Notes under the pieces: generated by a model
What the model was told of the DNA's origin: nothing
The model's input: the letters and a program-made list of their open reading frames with translations, nothing else
Databases searched by the model: none
Translations under genes and position numbers: made by a program
DNA from: Patescibacteria group bacterium
GTDB taxonomy: Bacteria > Patescibacteriota > Minisyncoccia > UBA6257 > HR35
DNA length: 32,000 nt
Assembly (NCBI GenBank): GCA_023480925.1
Contig: JAMCWY010000003.1
Coordinates: 1-32,000 of the forward strand
Direction of reading: 5' to 3'
Shown here: positions 1 through 10,852 of the stretch, in pieces
Layout of the letters: every line of letters begins with the position of its first letter
How positions within the stretch are numbered: position 1 is the first letter of the stretch

Positions 1-1
1 C

Positions 2-35
2 GTCTGGGTTAGGTTCTATCACTTCGCGACCAAAG
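2..35 (+). other. 5' strand of the pre-16S rRNA processing stem
   Basis: Hand pairing. nt 2-19 pair with 1754-1770 (17 bp including 2 G-U, with G13 bulged). nt 20-25 pair with 1730-1735 and nt 29-35 with 1722-1727. The stem starts at the window edge and may extend further. Confidence 0.55.
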
Positions 36-51
36 GTTTTTTAACTAATGG

Positions 52-1646
<1,595 letters not shown>

Positions 1647-1721
1647 TAAAATATCGGAGATTGACACAATCTCAAAAATTCATCAAGAATGAAAAAAGCG
1701 ATGAATTATAAAACCGCTGAT

Positions 1722-1770
1722 CTTGGTTGGAAGTGGACCGGATTAGCGTTAAAATAGAACTAGCCCGGAC
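1722..1770 (+). other. 3' strand of the pre-16S rRNA processing stem
   Basis: Complement of nt 2-35 (see the 5' strand entry), with an 18-nt asymmetric loop at 1736-1753. Confidence 0.55.
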
Positions 1771-1794
1771 AATTAAAAATCTTTTTAAATAAAA

Positions 1795-2286
1795 ATGGCA
1801 AAAGTCCTTTTAATTGAAGACGATAAATTTCTCCGAAATCTTCTGGCGAAGAGATTAAAAAGCGAAGATGTTGACGTTATTACCGCTGTTGACGGCGAAG
1901 ACGGGTTGCAAAAAATCATTTCCGATTATCCCGATCTGGTTCTTTTGGATTTGATTTTGCCGAAACGAAGCGGTTTTAGTTTTCTCGACGAGATTAACAA
2001 AGATATCAACCTTAAAAAGGTGCCGATCATAATTCTTTCCAATCTTGGTCAGGAAGAAGATGTCCAACGGGCGAAGGAGTATCAAGTTAAGGATTATATG
2101 ATTAAGGCGAATTCGTCGCTTGAGCAAATTATCGGACGGATTAAAAATTTTCTCGCGGTCGAAGTTGACGGCAAACCGGCCGATAAAAAAGAAGATCAAG
2201 GTCAGATTAAGGATCAAGTTCAAGCGTCGAATCAAGCTCAGGCTGAAAAAACTCAAACTGAACCAAAAGAAAAAAATGAAAAATAA
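1795..2286 (+). CDS. Stand-alone CheY-like response regulator receiver with a K/E/Q-rich tail
   Basis: MAKVLLIEDD acidic pocket. LVLLDLILP carries the phospho-acceptor Asp. DYMIKA carries the conserved Lys. There is no output domain, and the C-terminal ~40 aa are low complexity. No histidine kinase lies in the window. Confidence 0.85.
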   Translation: MAKVLLIEDDKFLRNLLAKRLKSEDVDVITAVDGEDGLQKIISDYPDLVLLDLILPKRSGFSFLDEINKDINLKKVPIIILSNLGQEEDVQRAKEYQVKDYMIKANSSLEQIIGRIKNFLAVEVDGKPADKKEDQGQIKDQVQASNQAQAEKTQTEPKEKNEK

Positions 2287-3299
2287 AATTGAATCAGTCT
2301 TGGATAACGCGTTTGAACGGACGATTGGTTATCTGGGCGATTGTCTTTGATTTAGTTTCGCTTAATAATCGAATCGGAAAAATCGAGATTGAAACCGAAA
2401 CGGCCGATTTTTGGCAAGTCGAGTCAAACTATCGTTTAGTTGAGGAGCTGGCGTTTTTGAAAGAAAAGAAAAAAAACGTCGAGGTCTTTTTTGATTTTTT
2501 TAAAAAAAACGAGATTGAGGCCGGTCGGAAAGTTTTAAAAAAAATTATCGCGGATTTTTGTTTGAAAGACCAAAAGCATTTTAACGATCAAGCCGTCTTG
2601 AATATTTACAGTGGCGTTGGCGGCAAGGATGCCGAGGATTGGGTTGGTTTACTTGGCCGAATGTATGAAAAATTTTTTGAAAAAGAAAAATGGTCAAAAA
2701 CGATCATCGGGTCGGACCAAAATGAATTTGGTGGATATAAATTTTTGAGTTTCGAGGTCAAAGCGCCGGTTTTCGGCGTCTTAAATTTCGAAAAAGGCGT
2801 TCACCGTTTGGTCAGAATTTCGCCTTTTTCCAGCCAAAAACTTCGCCATACCAGTTTCGCTTATGTTGAAGTTATCCCGTTTGTGGCTCAAACTAATTTT
2901 GAGCTTGATGAAAAAGATTTGGAGTTTCAAACTTTTCGTTCTTCCGGCCACGGCGGCCAAAACGTCAATAAGCTTGAAACCGCGGTTAGGGTTATTTATC
3001 GGCCTCTTCAAATTTCGGTTGTTTGTCAGAGTGAACGATCGCAGCATCAAAATAAGATTAAGGCGGTCGAAATTTTAAAATCGCGTCTTGGCCAAATTCT
3101 TGAAGAAGAAGAGGTAAAAGAGTTGAACCAACTCAAGGGCGGCCGGCCGGAAATTGGCTGGGGTTATCAAAAACGGTCATACGTGATGCAGCCGTACCAG
3201 TTAGTTAAGGATCATCAATTTAATTACGTCACTAATCGCTTAGATGAAGTTTTGGCCGGCAACCTTGATTTAATTCATCCTCTCGGTGCGATTCTCTAA
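2276..3299 (+). CDS. prfB: Peptide chain release factor 2, requiring a programmed +1 frameshift at 2348
   Basis: Frame 0 runs from ATG 2276 as MKNKIESVLDNAFERTIGYLGDCL and reaches CTT TGA at 2345-2350. The +1 frame then continues DLVSLNNRIGKIE... The protein has the SPF tripeptide (RISPFSSQ) and GGQ (SGHGGQNVNK). The TTG start at 2289 in the ORF track is an artefact of the frameshift. Confidence 0.9.
2345..2351 (+). promoter_or_regulatory. RF2 autoregulatory +1 frameshift site (CTT TGA T)
   Basis: ctt tga t sits where the N-terminal frame ends and the +1 frame carries on. The peptide context is GYL...L/D, as in E. coli RF2 (RGYL/DYD). Confidence 0.85.
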
Positions 3300-3314
3300 C
3301 TGGCCTTTCGTCTA

Positions 3315-3323
3315 TGGTATAAT
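3315..3323 (+). promoter_or_regulatory. Candidate extended -10 promoter (TGgTATAAT) for ftsEX
   Basis: tggtataat lies 12 nt upstream of the ftsE ATG. Sequence match only. Confidence 0.4.
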
Positions 3324-3335
3324 TAAATTTTAAAA

Positions 3336-4019
3336 ATGATTGCTTTTAAAAACGTCTCGAAAATTTATCCGCCCAATTCGACTGCTTTGGAAAATGTCAG
3401 CTTTGAAATTAAACAGGGCGAGTTTGTTTTGTTGGTGGGAAAATCGGGTGCGGGCAAGACGACGATTTTGAAATTAATTAATCGCGAGGAGATACCGTCG
3501 AGAGGCAAAATTTTCTATAAAAATGTTGATTATCAAAATTTAAGAGGAATGGACGTGACGAAGTTAAGACGCCACGTTACGACTATTTTTCAAGATTTTA
3601 AAGTTTTGGGCGATCGGAGCGTTTTTGAAAATATCAACTTGGCTTTTGACATTCTGGGCCGGTCGATGCGGGAAGCGAGGAAAAAAACCGAGGAAATGTT
3701 AAAATTGGTTGATTTAAATCATCATAGCCCGGTTTTGGCCAAGTATCTTTCCGGCGGCGAGAAGCAACGTTTGGCCATCGCGCGAGCGGTGGCGATGGAA
3801 CCGGAAATTATTTTAGCCGATGAGCCGACTGGTAATCTTGATCCAATCAACGCCAAGATTATTGTCGACTTGTTGATGAAAATTAACGAGCAAGGCGCTT
3901 CGATTATTTTAGCCACCCACAACCGCGAGGTCGTTGACTATTTAAAGAAGCGCGTTATCATTGTTGGCGGCGGCCGGATCATTAAGGACGAAACGCCGGG
4001 ACGGTTTACTTTAGCCTAA
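3336..4019 (+). CDS. ftsE: Cell-division ABC ATPase FtsE
   Basis: Walker [13 protein letters not shown] signature LSGGEKQR, Walker [12 protein letters not shown]. It is ~227 aa and is followed directly by an FtsX-like permease. Confidence 0.85.
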   Translation: MIAFKNVSKIYPPNSTALENVSFEIKQGEFVLLVGKSGAGKTTILKLINREEIPSRGKIFYKNVDYQNLRGMDVTKLRRHVTTIFQDFKVLGDRSVFENINLAFDILGRSMREARKKTEEMLKLVDLNHHSPVLAKYLSGGEKQRLAIARAVAMEPEIILADEPTGNLDPINAKIIVDLLMKINEQGASIILATHNREVVDYLKKRVIIVGGGRIIKDETPGRFTLA

Positions 4020-4924
4020 TGAGATATTTTTTAAAAGTTTGGTCGGAGGGTTGGCGAATGGCTCTCAATCGGCGACTTTTGAGTTTGGTCGGCGTCTTGA
4101 CGATTTTTTTGATCAGCCTTTTTCTTTGGAGCGGCGTTTTTATGTTTTATTTTACCCAAGAAGGAATTAAATATTTTGAAAGCAAACTTGATTTTTCCGT
4201 TTACTTTAAAGCCAGCGCCCAACAAAGCGATATTCGAAGTCTTCAATCGATTCTTGAAAACTTTCCCAATGTCGATCAGGTTGTTTACGTGACCAAGGCC
4301 GAGGCTCTGACTAATTTTAAAAGCGAAGTCAGCGGCAATCAGGTTATCTCGAAAGCTTTGACCGAACTTAACACTAACCCCCTCGTCGACTATCTCATTG
4401 TTCGGGCCAAAGATCCAACCGCTTACGCTAAAGTCGCGAGTTATTTGGATCAGTCACCCTACCGGTCCCTGATCGAGTTCGTCACTTACGCCGAGAATCA
4501 GCAAATTATTAACAAGTTTATCGGCGTTTCCAATAATCTCAGGCTGTTTATCCTGGTTTTCCTTGTTTTGGTTATGATTTTTGGCAGTTTGATTATTTTT
4601 AATTCAACCTTGGTCGCTATTTTCGCTCAGCGGGAAGAAGTTGAGGTTTTAAGACTAATCGGCGCGACCAATTGGTTTATCCGTCTGCCATTTTTAATTT
4701 TTACTTTTTTAATTTCGATCTTTGGTTATCTGATCAGTTTGTTTTTGGTTGCTTTAATTACGATGAAGACGAGCGGATTTATATCGATTATCTTGCCTCA
4801 AGCCAATTTTAGCCAGTTTATTTTTCATTACTTTTGGCCTTTGAATTTTGGCCTCTTTGGTTTTATTTTGGCGATTAACTTATTTTCAACATTCGTCGCC
4901 CTTCAGAAACATTTGAATATTTAA
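4019..4924 (+). CDS. ftsX: FtsX-like cell-division permease
   Basis: It shares a TAATG overlap with ftsE. The topology is one N-terminal TM, a ~130-aa extracytoplasmic domain, then three C-terminal TM helices. Confidence 0.75.
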   Translation: MRYFLKVWSEGWRMALNRRLLSLVGVLTIFLISLFLWSGVFMFYFTQEGIKYFESKLDFSVYFKASAQQSDIRSLQSILENFPNVDQVVYVTKAEALTNFKSEVSGNQVISKALTELNTNPLVDYLIVRAKDPTAYAKVASYLDQSPYRSLIEFVTYAENQQIINKFIGVSNNLRLFILVFLVLVMIFGSLIIFNSTLVAIFAQREEVEVLRLIGATNWFIRLPFLIFTFLISIFGYLISLFLVALITMKTSGFISIILPQANFSQFIFHYFWPLNFGLFGFILAINLFSTFVALQKHLNI

Positions 4925-4992
4925 GAAGGAAAGAGCAGGGCCGTTGGGATTTTTAATTTTAGCGATTAACCGTTAGAATTTTTTAACCAGGT

Positions 4993-6483
4993 ATGCTTGA
5001 AGTTTTTTTTCAAAATTCAAGTCCAAAGCAGACCGTAGTTAAAAACACCTTTTGGCTTTTAACCGAAACGGTCGTGAATAAATTGTTGAAATTTTTTCTG
5101 ATTATTTGGGCGGCGCGGATTTTAGGCGCGGCTGGTTATGGCGCGTTTTCTTTCGCTCTATCTTTCGCCGCGACGATTTTTATATTCGCCGATCTCGGCA
5201 TTGGTTCGATCTTGATCCGGGAATACCAAAAAGAACAAAATCGAATTCTTGTTTCAACCGCTCTCTGGTTAAAACTCATTTTGTCTTTAATCTCAATCTT
5301 GGTCGGCCTTGTTGTCCTGTTTTTTTTCAAAAGCGTTCAAGCTCGGCCGATTATTTTAATTTTGCTTTTGATGGATTTCATTCTTAATTTCCGCGATGGC
5401 TTCATCGCTTTTGCTCGAGCGAGGCAGAAGATGGAAGAGGAGGCCTTTTTAATCGTTCTTGAAAACATTGTTGTTTTTTTGATCGGCTTTCTCGTTTTGT
5501 TTTTCTGGCCGAGCGCTTTGAATTTTAGTTTGGCTTATTTCGCCGGCGCTTTGATTTCACTTTTGGCCACGTTTATTGTTTTTCAAAAACGGGCGAAGAT
5601 ATTTAGCCGAAATTTTGATCCGGTCTTGGCCAAAAAAATTTTGCGTTTGGCTTGGCCGTTTACTTTCGGCGGTCTCATCGCCGTCACCCTTGGTTCAATC
5701 GACATCTTGATGCTTGGCTTGCTTAAAACCGCTGCCGCGGTTGGAATTTATTCCGCCGCGATTAAAATTGTTTATGTTCTAAGCGTTATCCCTGGGATTA
5801 TTGTCGGCGCGATTTTTCCTTTAATCAGCCGTTTTCATCAAGACGAAAAAGTTCTTTTGAAAATTATTCGGGAAGGGAACAGCGCTCTTTTGCTTTTAGC
5901 TTTGCCTTTGACCCTAGGCGGTTTTTTGATCGGCGGTCGCTTGATTCATTTTTTTCTCGGTTCTCAATATCTTGCCAGTGTTTTAATTTTTAAGGTTTTG
6001 ATTTTTCTCGTGCCGCTGATTTTTCTCGTTTCGCTTTGGGACAGTTTTTTGTTGGCGGTCAACCTTCAGATCAAAGATTTTGAATATACGGCCGTCGCCG
6101 CGGCCCTGAACGTTATCTTGAACTTTATCTTGATTCCAGAGTTTTTCGGTCTCGGTGCGGCCGTGGCGATTTTAATCAGTCAGTTTGTCAATTTTGTTTT
6201 AACTTATCGGTTGACGCGGGCGTACTTCAAAAAAACATTTGAACAATCGGGTCAAACTCAAGTTTACACCGGTCTGATCGATTTTAAGTTGTTGGCGAAA
6301 TATATTTTCGCGACTTTGGTTATGACCGTCTTTGTTTTTGCCCTGACCTTAACCAGAATCTCGTCTTTCGTCATTATATTTTTGGCGATTTTTATTTACC
6401 TCGGCGCGCTTTTATTGACTCGGGAGGAGTTTTCTCTGAGTTTTGTTTCTTTGGTTAAACGGAAGTTTTTCTCGATTCGGTGA
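4993..6483 (+). CDS. MOP-superfamily (Wzx-type) polysaccharide/oligosaccharide flippase
   Basis: A 496-aa polytopic membrane protein with roughly 12-14 hydrophobic helices. The N-terminal NTFWLL...KLLKFFLIIWAARILG pattern is typical of this family. Confidence 0.75.
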   Translation: MLEVFFQNSSPKQTVVKNTFWLLTETVVNKLLKFFLIIWAARILGAAGYGAFSFALSFAATIFIFADLGIGSILIREYQKEQNRILVSTALWLKLILSLISILVGLVVLFFFKSVQARPIILILLLMDFILNFRDGFIAFARARQKMEEEAFLIVLENIVVFLIGFLVLFFWPSALNFSLAYFAGALISLLATFIVFQKRAKIFSRNFDPVLAKKILRLAWPFTFGGLIAVTLGSIDILMLGLLKTAAAVGIYSAAIKIVYVLSVIPGIIVGAIFPLISRFHQDEKVLLKIIREGNSALLLLALPLTLGGFLIGGRLIHFFLGSQYLASVLIFKVLIFLVPLIFLVSLWDSFLLAVNLQIKDFEYTAVAAALNVILNFILIPEFFGLGAAVAILISQFVNFVLTYRLTRAYFKKTFEQSGQTQVYTGLIDFKLLAKYIFATLVMTVFVFALTLTRISSFVIIFLAIFIYLGALLLTREEFSLSFVSLVKRKFFSIR

Positions 6484-6852
6484 AAATAAAGTTGTTGGAG
6501 ATAATAAAATTGATCGGATAAACGATTAAGATCGCAATGATGAAACTAAAGAGATAGTTAATTGAAAATTGGTTAATGAAGACAAAAATCAAGCCGGTGT
6601 ATATCATTAAACCAAAAAATTGAGCCAAGCCGAAAAGAATAAATCTTTTCGCGACCCGATCATCTTTGGTTTTAAAGGTTAGCCAAGCCTGAAAGGTAAA
6701 ATTAAACCAATAAGATAACCACCGATCGAACCAAAAAGATAGTTGAGGTTAAATTGGTCGATCAGAAAATAGGCTGAGCTAATATTTGAGATAAAAGCCA
6801 AACCGCCGCCCAAACTATACCAAAGAAACCATTTTAATTTTTTTCGTTTCAT
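6455..6852 (-). pseudogene. GtrA-family membrane protein gene broken by a 1-nt frameshift
   Basis: The minus-strand ATG at 6852 gives MKRKKLKWFLWYSLGGGLAFISNISSAYFLIDQFNLNYLFGSIGGYLIGLILPFRLG, then a stop at 6679-6681. Another frame continues QAWLTFKTKDDRVAKRFILFGLAQFFGLMIYTGLIFVFINQFSINYLFSFIIAILIVYPINFIISNNFIFTES to a stop at 6455-6457. The span is 398 nt, one short of a multiple of three. Confidence 0.6.
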
Positions 6853-6876
6853 TGCCAATCCTTGGATTGATTCTTT

Positions 6877-7123
6877 TTAATAGATACCAATTGGCGATGA
6901 TGATATTTTGAGCAATCTCATTTCTTCCTTCAAGGCGGTGTTATGATCTTGTTTCTGTTCCGAGACGACTTTGGCGCCGAGATTTTGGGCGATTAGAGCG
7001 GTCTGATCGGTTGAGTCGTTGTCAACGACAATAATCTCGTCAACTTCTTTGGTAATTTTCTCGATGACTTTGGCGATTGAGATCGCCTCGTTATAGCAGG
7101 GGGGTAATAACCGATATTTTCAT
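6877..7123 (-). pseudogene. Remnant of a family-2 glycosyltransferase (GtrB/DPM1-like), frameshifted and truncated
   Basis: The minus-strand ATG at 7123 gives MKISVITPLL then a stop. Removing one C from the C6 run (G6 at 7099-7104 on plus) gives MKISVITPCYNEAISIAKVIEKITKEVDEIIVVDNDSTDQTALIAQNLGAKVV... This is the classic GT2 N-terminus, but the reading ends after ~81 aa against well over 200 in intact members. Confidence 0.6.
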
Positions 7124-7180
7124 GACTTAATAATCTTAACACAGCTTCTCCGTTTAATTTTAGGTTTAATTAAAATAGGG

Positions 7181-7244
7181 CTTGTGTTAAAATATTCAAA
7201 TGTCGTCAGGGCAGTTTAAAATTTGATTAAGGGAAATAAAAAAA
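7181..7244 (+). repeat. Left copy of a ~64-nt imperfect direct repeat (copy of the infA promoter/leader)
   Basis: cttgtgttaaaatattcaaatgtcgtcagggcagtttaaaatttgattaagggaaataaaaaaa aligns to 19315-19378 at about 53 of 66 columns by hand. It contains TGtTAAAAT at 7185-7193, followed 6 nt later by an ATG at 7200. Confidence 0.7.
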
Positions 7245-7414
7245 CGCGGGTGACAAAAAATTTTACCGGCCGATCGATTCGATAAATTTATAAGCGGACG
7301 CGATCAAGACGAGTTCAATTTTAAAACGGCAACCAGAAGTTAAATTTAACGATTTGGTTTCAATAATAATTGAAAGCGTTCGTAATTATTAAGCGATATG
7401 GGGTAAAAAAAATT

Positions 7415-8362
7415 ATGAATAAAGATTTGCTTCAAGCTTTAAAAAATCATGAATTGCATGGTTTTGTAATAAAATCTTGGTCTTGGTTCGGACCGATTCG
7501 ATCGCGCGCGCTGGCGATACTGGGTTTTCTTAAGGGTTATTTTTCATTTGGCGAAACGCTTAATTTGATGTTAACGACTAAGTATAAAAGTACAGCTCTT
7601 CGAGTTAAATTCGCTAATTTTATCAATACCGAAACCAGAAAAGCAATTGCGCTATTTGTTAATAGCGATAATTCAATCGATATTTTTGGCGACAAGATGT
7701 ACGCGCCGTTTAATAGCGTGGCTGAATTATTTGATTTGATTTATTCAATTTTATATTTTGATCAATATGGCGCTGGGAAGTTTCTACAAAAAGATTCAGT
7801 TGTGATAGACGCCGGCGCGAATATAGGCACGTTTTCCATATTAGCCAGCCATTTGGCTCCAAATGGCAAGGTCTACTCTTTTGAACCGGTTAAATATACA
7901 TTTGAACTTCTGCGCAAAAACACTGTCAATTACAAAAACGTTAGCTCTTATAATTACGGCTTAGGCGATAAAGAATCAGAAAAAAAAATTTTTATTTATA
8001 AAGACACAACTGGCGGTAACGTTTTAGAAGATAGTGAAGTGGTGGAGCAGAGAATAAGAGAAGACTTCTCCGGCTCCGAAAAAATTAGAATTACGACCAT
8101 AGATAAGTTTGTTAAGGAAAACAATATAAGCAAAATTGATTTTATAAAGATTGATACAGAAGGATATGAAGCGCGGATAATTGAAGGTGCGAGAGAAACA
8201 ATAAAGCGATTCAAACCGATAATGGCGATGTCCGCTTATCATAATGATAATGACAAAGAACTGTTGCCAAGAATAGTTAAATCAATAGATCAGAATTATA
8301 AATATAAGCTCGAGAAAGTTTTTGAAGAGGATTTTATTTTTTATATAGATGATAAAACCTAG
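7415..8362 (+). CDS. FkbM-family SAM-dependent methyltransferase
   Basis: VVIDAGANIGTFS glycine-rich SAM loop. VYSFEP. IDFIKIDTEGYE, which is characteristic of FkbM/Methyltransf_21. The ORF track starts at TTG 7370; the first ATG is 7415. Confidence 0.8.
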   Translation: MNKDLLQALKNHELHGFVIKSWSWFGPIRSRALAILGFLKGYFSFGETLNLMLTTKYKSTALRVKFANFINTETRKAIALFVNSDNSIDIFGDKMYAPFNSVAELFDLIYSILYFDQYGAGKFLQKDSVVIDAGANIGTFSILASHLAPNGKVYSFEPVKYTFELLRKNTVNYKNVSSYNYGLGDKESEKKIFIYKDTTGGNVLEDSEVVEQRIREDFSGSEKIRITTIDKFVKENNISKIDFIKIDTEGYEARIIEGARETIKRFKPIMAMSAYHNDNDKELLPRIVKSIDQNYKYKLEKVFEEDFIFYIDDKT

Positions 8363-9383
8363 GATTAGACTATTGATTCAATCTCCAGCTTCATTGGGTT
8401 TTGGCGGCGGCAATGTTGTTGTCGCAATGTTGAATAAATACATTAATAAATTTGGTTATGATATTGATTTTCTTAATTTTATAGATCGCAATGATGATTT
8501 TGATGTGTTGCATTTAATCGGTATGCAAGCGGGTAATTGTTTAAACGGCCTTACGGCTAAAACTAAAGGGAAAAAAATCGTTCTTCAATCTCTTTTTTAT
8601 ACCGATACTAATCTATTTTTATACAAGCTAACGGAGAGATTTATGAGCCACAAATTTTGGGCATTTTCTCAAAATAAATTTTATTTAATGCAACAATTGT
8701 TAAATATAACTGACGTGATATTGGTTAGTAGTAAAGCTGAGCTTGAACAGATTAAATATATTTTTAGTTTTGATAAATCAAAAGCAAAAATAATTCATAA
8801 TGGAATAGAAACGGAGATTTTTGACGACATAGACGATAATTTTATTGAGAAATTTAATTTAAAGCCCGGCTATGTTTTGTGTGTCGCGAATATAAATAAA
8901 AAAAAGAATATTCTAAATTTAATTAAAGCCTTTTTACTTACAGGCCTGGATACGAAACTTGTTTTAGTCGGTATTTATAACGATGATCCGGATTTATTCT
9001 ATTGCAACGAAGTTAAAAAACTTATTAATGAAAGTGAAGGGAAGATAGTACGTGTTGAAAATATTTCTAAGGGGTTACTGGCCTCCGCTTACTTAAACGC
9101 TAAAATTCACGTATTGCCAAGCTTTTGGGAATTGCCCGGTTTAGTTAGTTTAGAGGCCGGCCTGGCCGGCGCCGGCCTTGTTCTTGGAGATTGTGCTCCG
9201 GTGCGGGAATATTTCGGCAATTTGGCTACTTATTGTAACCCAAACGATATATCTGATATTACCGATAAAATAACCAAGGCTTACAATTTATCTCCCACGA
9301 CCAAACTCAGTCAATTTATAAAAACTAACTATTCTTGGACGGAAATAGCCAAGAAGTTAGCTGTTATTTATGACTCATTATGA
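8349..9383 (+). CDS. GT4-family (group 1) glycosyltransferase
   Basis: The C-terminal HVLPSFWELPGLVSLEAGLAGAGLV resembles the E-x7-E region of retaining GT4 enzymes. It overlaps the upstream gene by 14 nt. Confidence 0.75.
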   Translation: MIKPRIRLLIQSPASLGFGGGNVVVAMLNKYINKFGYDIDFLNFIDRNDDFDVLHLIGMQAGNCLNGLTAKTKGKKIVLQSLFYTDTNLFLYKLTERFMSHKFWAFSQNKFYLMQQLLNITDVILVSSKAELEQIKYIFSFDKSKAKIIHNGIETEIFDDIDDNFIEKFNLKPGYVLCVANINKKKNILNLIKAFLLTGLDTKLVLVGIYNDDPDLFYCNEVKKLINESEGKIVRVENISKGLLASAYLNAKIHVLPSFWELPGLVSLEAGLAGAGLVLGDCAPVREYFGNLATYCNPNDISDITDKITKAYNLSPTTKLSQFIKTNYSWTEIAKKLAVIYDSL

Positions 9384-10315
9384 TGGAGCAACACGAAAAA
9401 ATATTAGTCAGTGTCATCATTCCTACCTATAACAGGCCCAAGCTTGTTCTTAGAGCGATTAGTAGTGTTCTTAATCAGACTTACCAAAATTTTGAAGTTG
9501 TGGTGATGGATGATTCTCGCAATGAGGATACGGCCAATGCTATCGGAAGCGTTAAAGACTCAAGAGTAAGGTATACTCATAATCTTGTCCGTCTTGATTT
9601 TTGCGAAAATAAAAATCAAGGCGTCAAAAGCGCCGATCACGCTTCCGAGTACATTACTTTTCTTGACGATGACGACGAATACTTGCCGATGTTTTTGGAA
9701 AAGACTGTTGATTTTTTGGATAAACATAAGGATGTTTTCGCGGTTACCACTTACGCCGAGTTCAAGACGCAGGACGGCGAATTGATAAACATATACCCTT
9801 GCGAATGCGAGTCGTGGAAAGTAACAATGGGTAATGGTTGGGTTTTAAGGAAAAGCGTGTTTTTCGCGGATAATATTTGGTACGATAAAAGTTTAATGTC
9901 CGAGGATCTTGATTTTGGCATAGCCGTTGCTCAAAAACACAAGTGGAAGTGTTTGCCGGAAGTTTTGAGGGTGTATTACGGCTATCCCGCGGTCAAGGGT
10001 GCGTCGCATTCAACTTCGTTTACTAAGAGTACTCCGACCGCGGAGGTAACCAGATTTTTAGAGAAGAATTTTGAGTTTTATAAAAGATCGGGGCCGGAAG
10101 CTCTTGCTTGGGCCCATTTCTTAATGGGTAAGATGCTTTGTCGGGCTAACCAAATCAAAGAAGGCAGGCAATATCTCAAGAAGGCGTTTTATTATGATCG
10201 CAGGATTGTCTACCTTTTTTATTATCTGCTTTCTGTTTTTTCGCCGTGGTCGTTCGGAAATATGCGTCTTGCCATTCTGAAGAATAAGTTTAAAAATAAG
10301 ATTAAGAGCTTATGA
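9380..10315 (+). CDS. GT2-family glycosyltransferase
   Basis: VSVIIPTYNRPKLVLRAISSVLNQTY, VVVMDDS and FLDDDDEY (DxD) motifs. ATGA overlaps at both ends. Confidence 0.85.
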   Translation: MMEQHEKILVSVIIPTYNRPKLVLRAISSVLNQTYQNFEVVVMDDSRNEDTANAIGSVKDSRVRYTHNLVRLDFCENKNQGVKSADHASEYITFLDDDDEYLPMFLEKTVDFLDKHKDVFAVTTYAEFKTQDGELINIYPCECESWKVTMGNGWVLRKSVFFADNIWYDKSLMSEDLDFGIAVAQKHKWKCLPEVLRVYYGYPAVKGASHSTSFTKSTPTAEVTRFLEKNFEFYKRSGPEALAWAHFLMGKMLCRANQIKEGRQYLKKAFYYDRRIVYLFYYLLSVFSPWSFGNMRLAILKNKFKNKIKSL

Positions 10316-10851
10316 GAATTTTAGATTTCGGTTGCGGAAGCAAAAAAATTCAAAGAGAAAACGCCGTCGTTGTCGGTGTGGACAATAACACGGAAAGCGA
10401 CGCCGATGTCATCCACGACTTAAACCAATTTCCTTATCCGTTTGAAAACGACAGTTTCGACGAAGTTGTTTGTTTTGATGTTTTGGAACATCTTGTTGAT
10501 ATTCCAAAAGTGATGGCGGAAATTTATCGTCTAAGCAAGAAAGGCGCGGTTATCAAGATCAGAACTCCGCATTTTAGCAGTCCGTACGCCGCCATGGATC
10601 CGACTCATTGCCATCATTTCAGCGTTTTTTCATTTGATATTTTTTGCCGCAACCGTAAGATAATACCGCATAATTTCACGAATAATTTTTTTATTTTAAC
10701 AAAAAGAAAAATTATTTTTCCAAAACTGACGAGAGTTGTTTTAGCGCCGCTGACTTTTTTGTTCAATCAGTATTCTCTTCGTTACGAGCAATATCTGACT
10801 TTTATATTTCAAGCGGAAAATATTTATTTGGAACTGGAAGTTGAAAAATAA
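10312..10851 (+). CDS. Class I SAM-dependent methyltransferase (Methyltransf_11-like)
   Basis: ILDFGCGS motif I. FDEVVCFDVLEHL and LSKKGAVIKIRTPH post-I motifs. Confidence 0.7.
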   Translation: MRILDFGCGSKKIQRENAVVVGVDNNTESDADVIHDLNQFPYPFENDSFDEVVCFDVLEHLVDIPKVMAEIYRLSKKGAVIKIRTPHFSSPYAAMDPTHCHHFSVFSFDIFCRNRKIIPHNFTNNFFILTKRKIIFPKLTRVVLAPLTFLFNQYSLRYEQYLTFIFQAENIYLELEVEK

Positions 10852-10852
10852 G

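Noticed and set aside
1855-2256. Long antisense or alternate-frame ORFs overlapping well-supported genes. Examples: 1855-2256(-), 2781-3050(-), 5106-5387(+), 12100-12423(-), 14391-14738(-), 15026-15319(-), 19958-20320(+), 25398-25766(-), 25621-25947(-), 30131-30472(+), 30935-31351(+)
   Set aside because: These are shadow ORFs within genes whose main frame has strong family motifs. Their translations are low-complexity or compositionally odd (R/K/F-rich) and show no recognisable domains.
2120-2350. The 76-aa ORF listed as a separate gene
   Set aside because: Only its last 24 codons (from ATG 2276) are real coding sequence, and they form the frame-0 N-terminus of prfB. The upstream part is an alternate frame of the response-regulator tail.
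7245-7330. Possible decayed infA coding sequence continuing downstream of the left repeat copy
   Set aside because: Similarity to infA codons becomes patchy (short matches such as cgggtg, tttaccggccg/tttgcccgccg, taagcg). By eye I cannot distinguish it from chance. It needs a proper alignment statistic.
7980-7988. Poly-A tracts inside glycan genes as phase-variation switches (A9 at 7980-7988 in the FkbM gene; A10T6 at 19233-19248 near the end of the last GT2)
   Set aside because: A7-A10 and T7 runs are common throughout the window, including in prfB (2461-2545), so they reflect composition. The second tract sits only about 5 codons from the stop.
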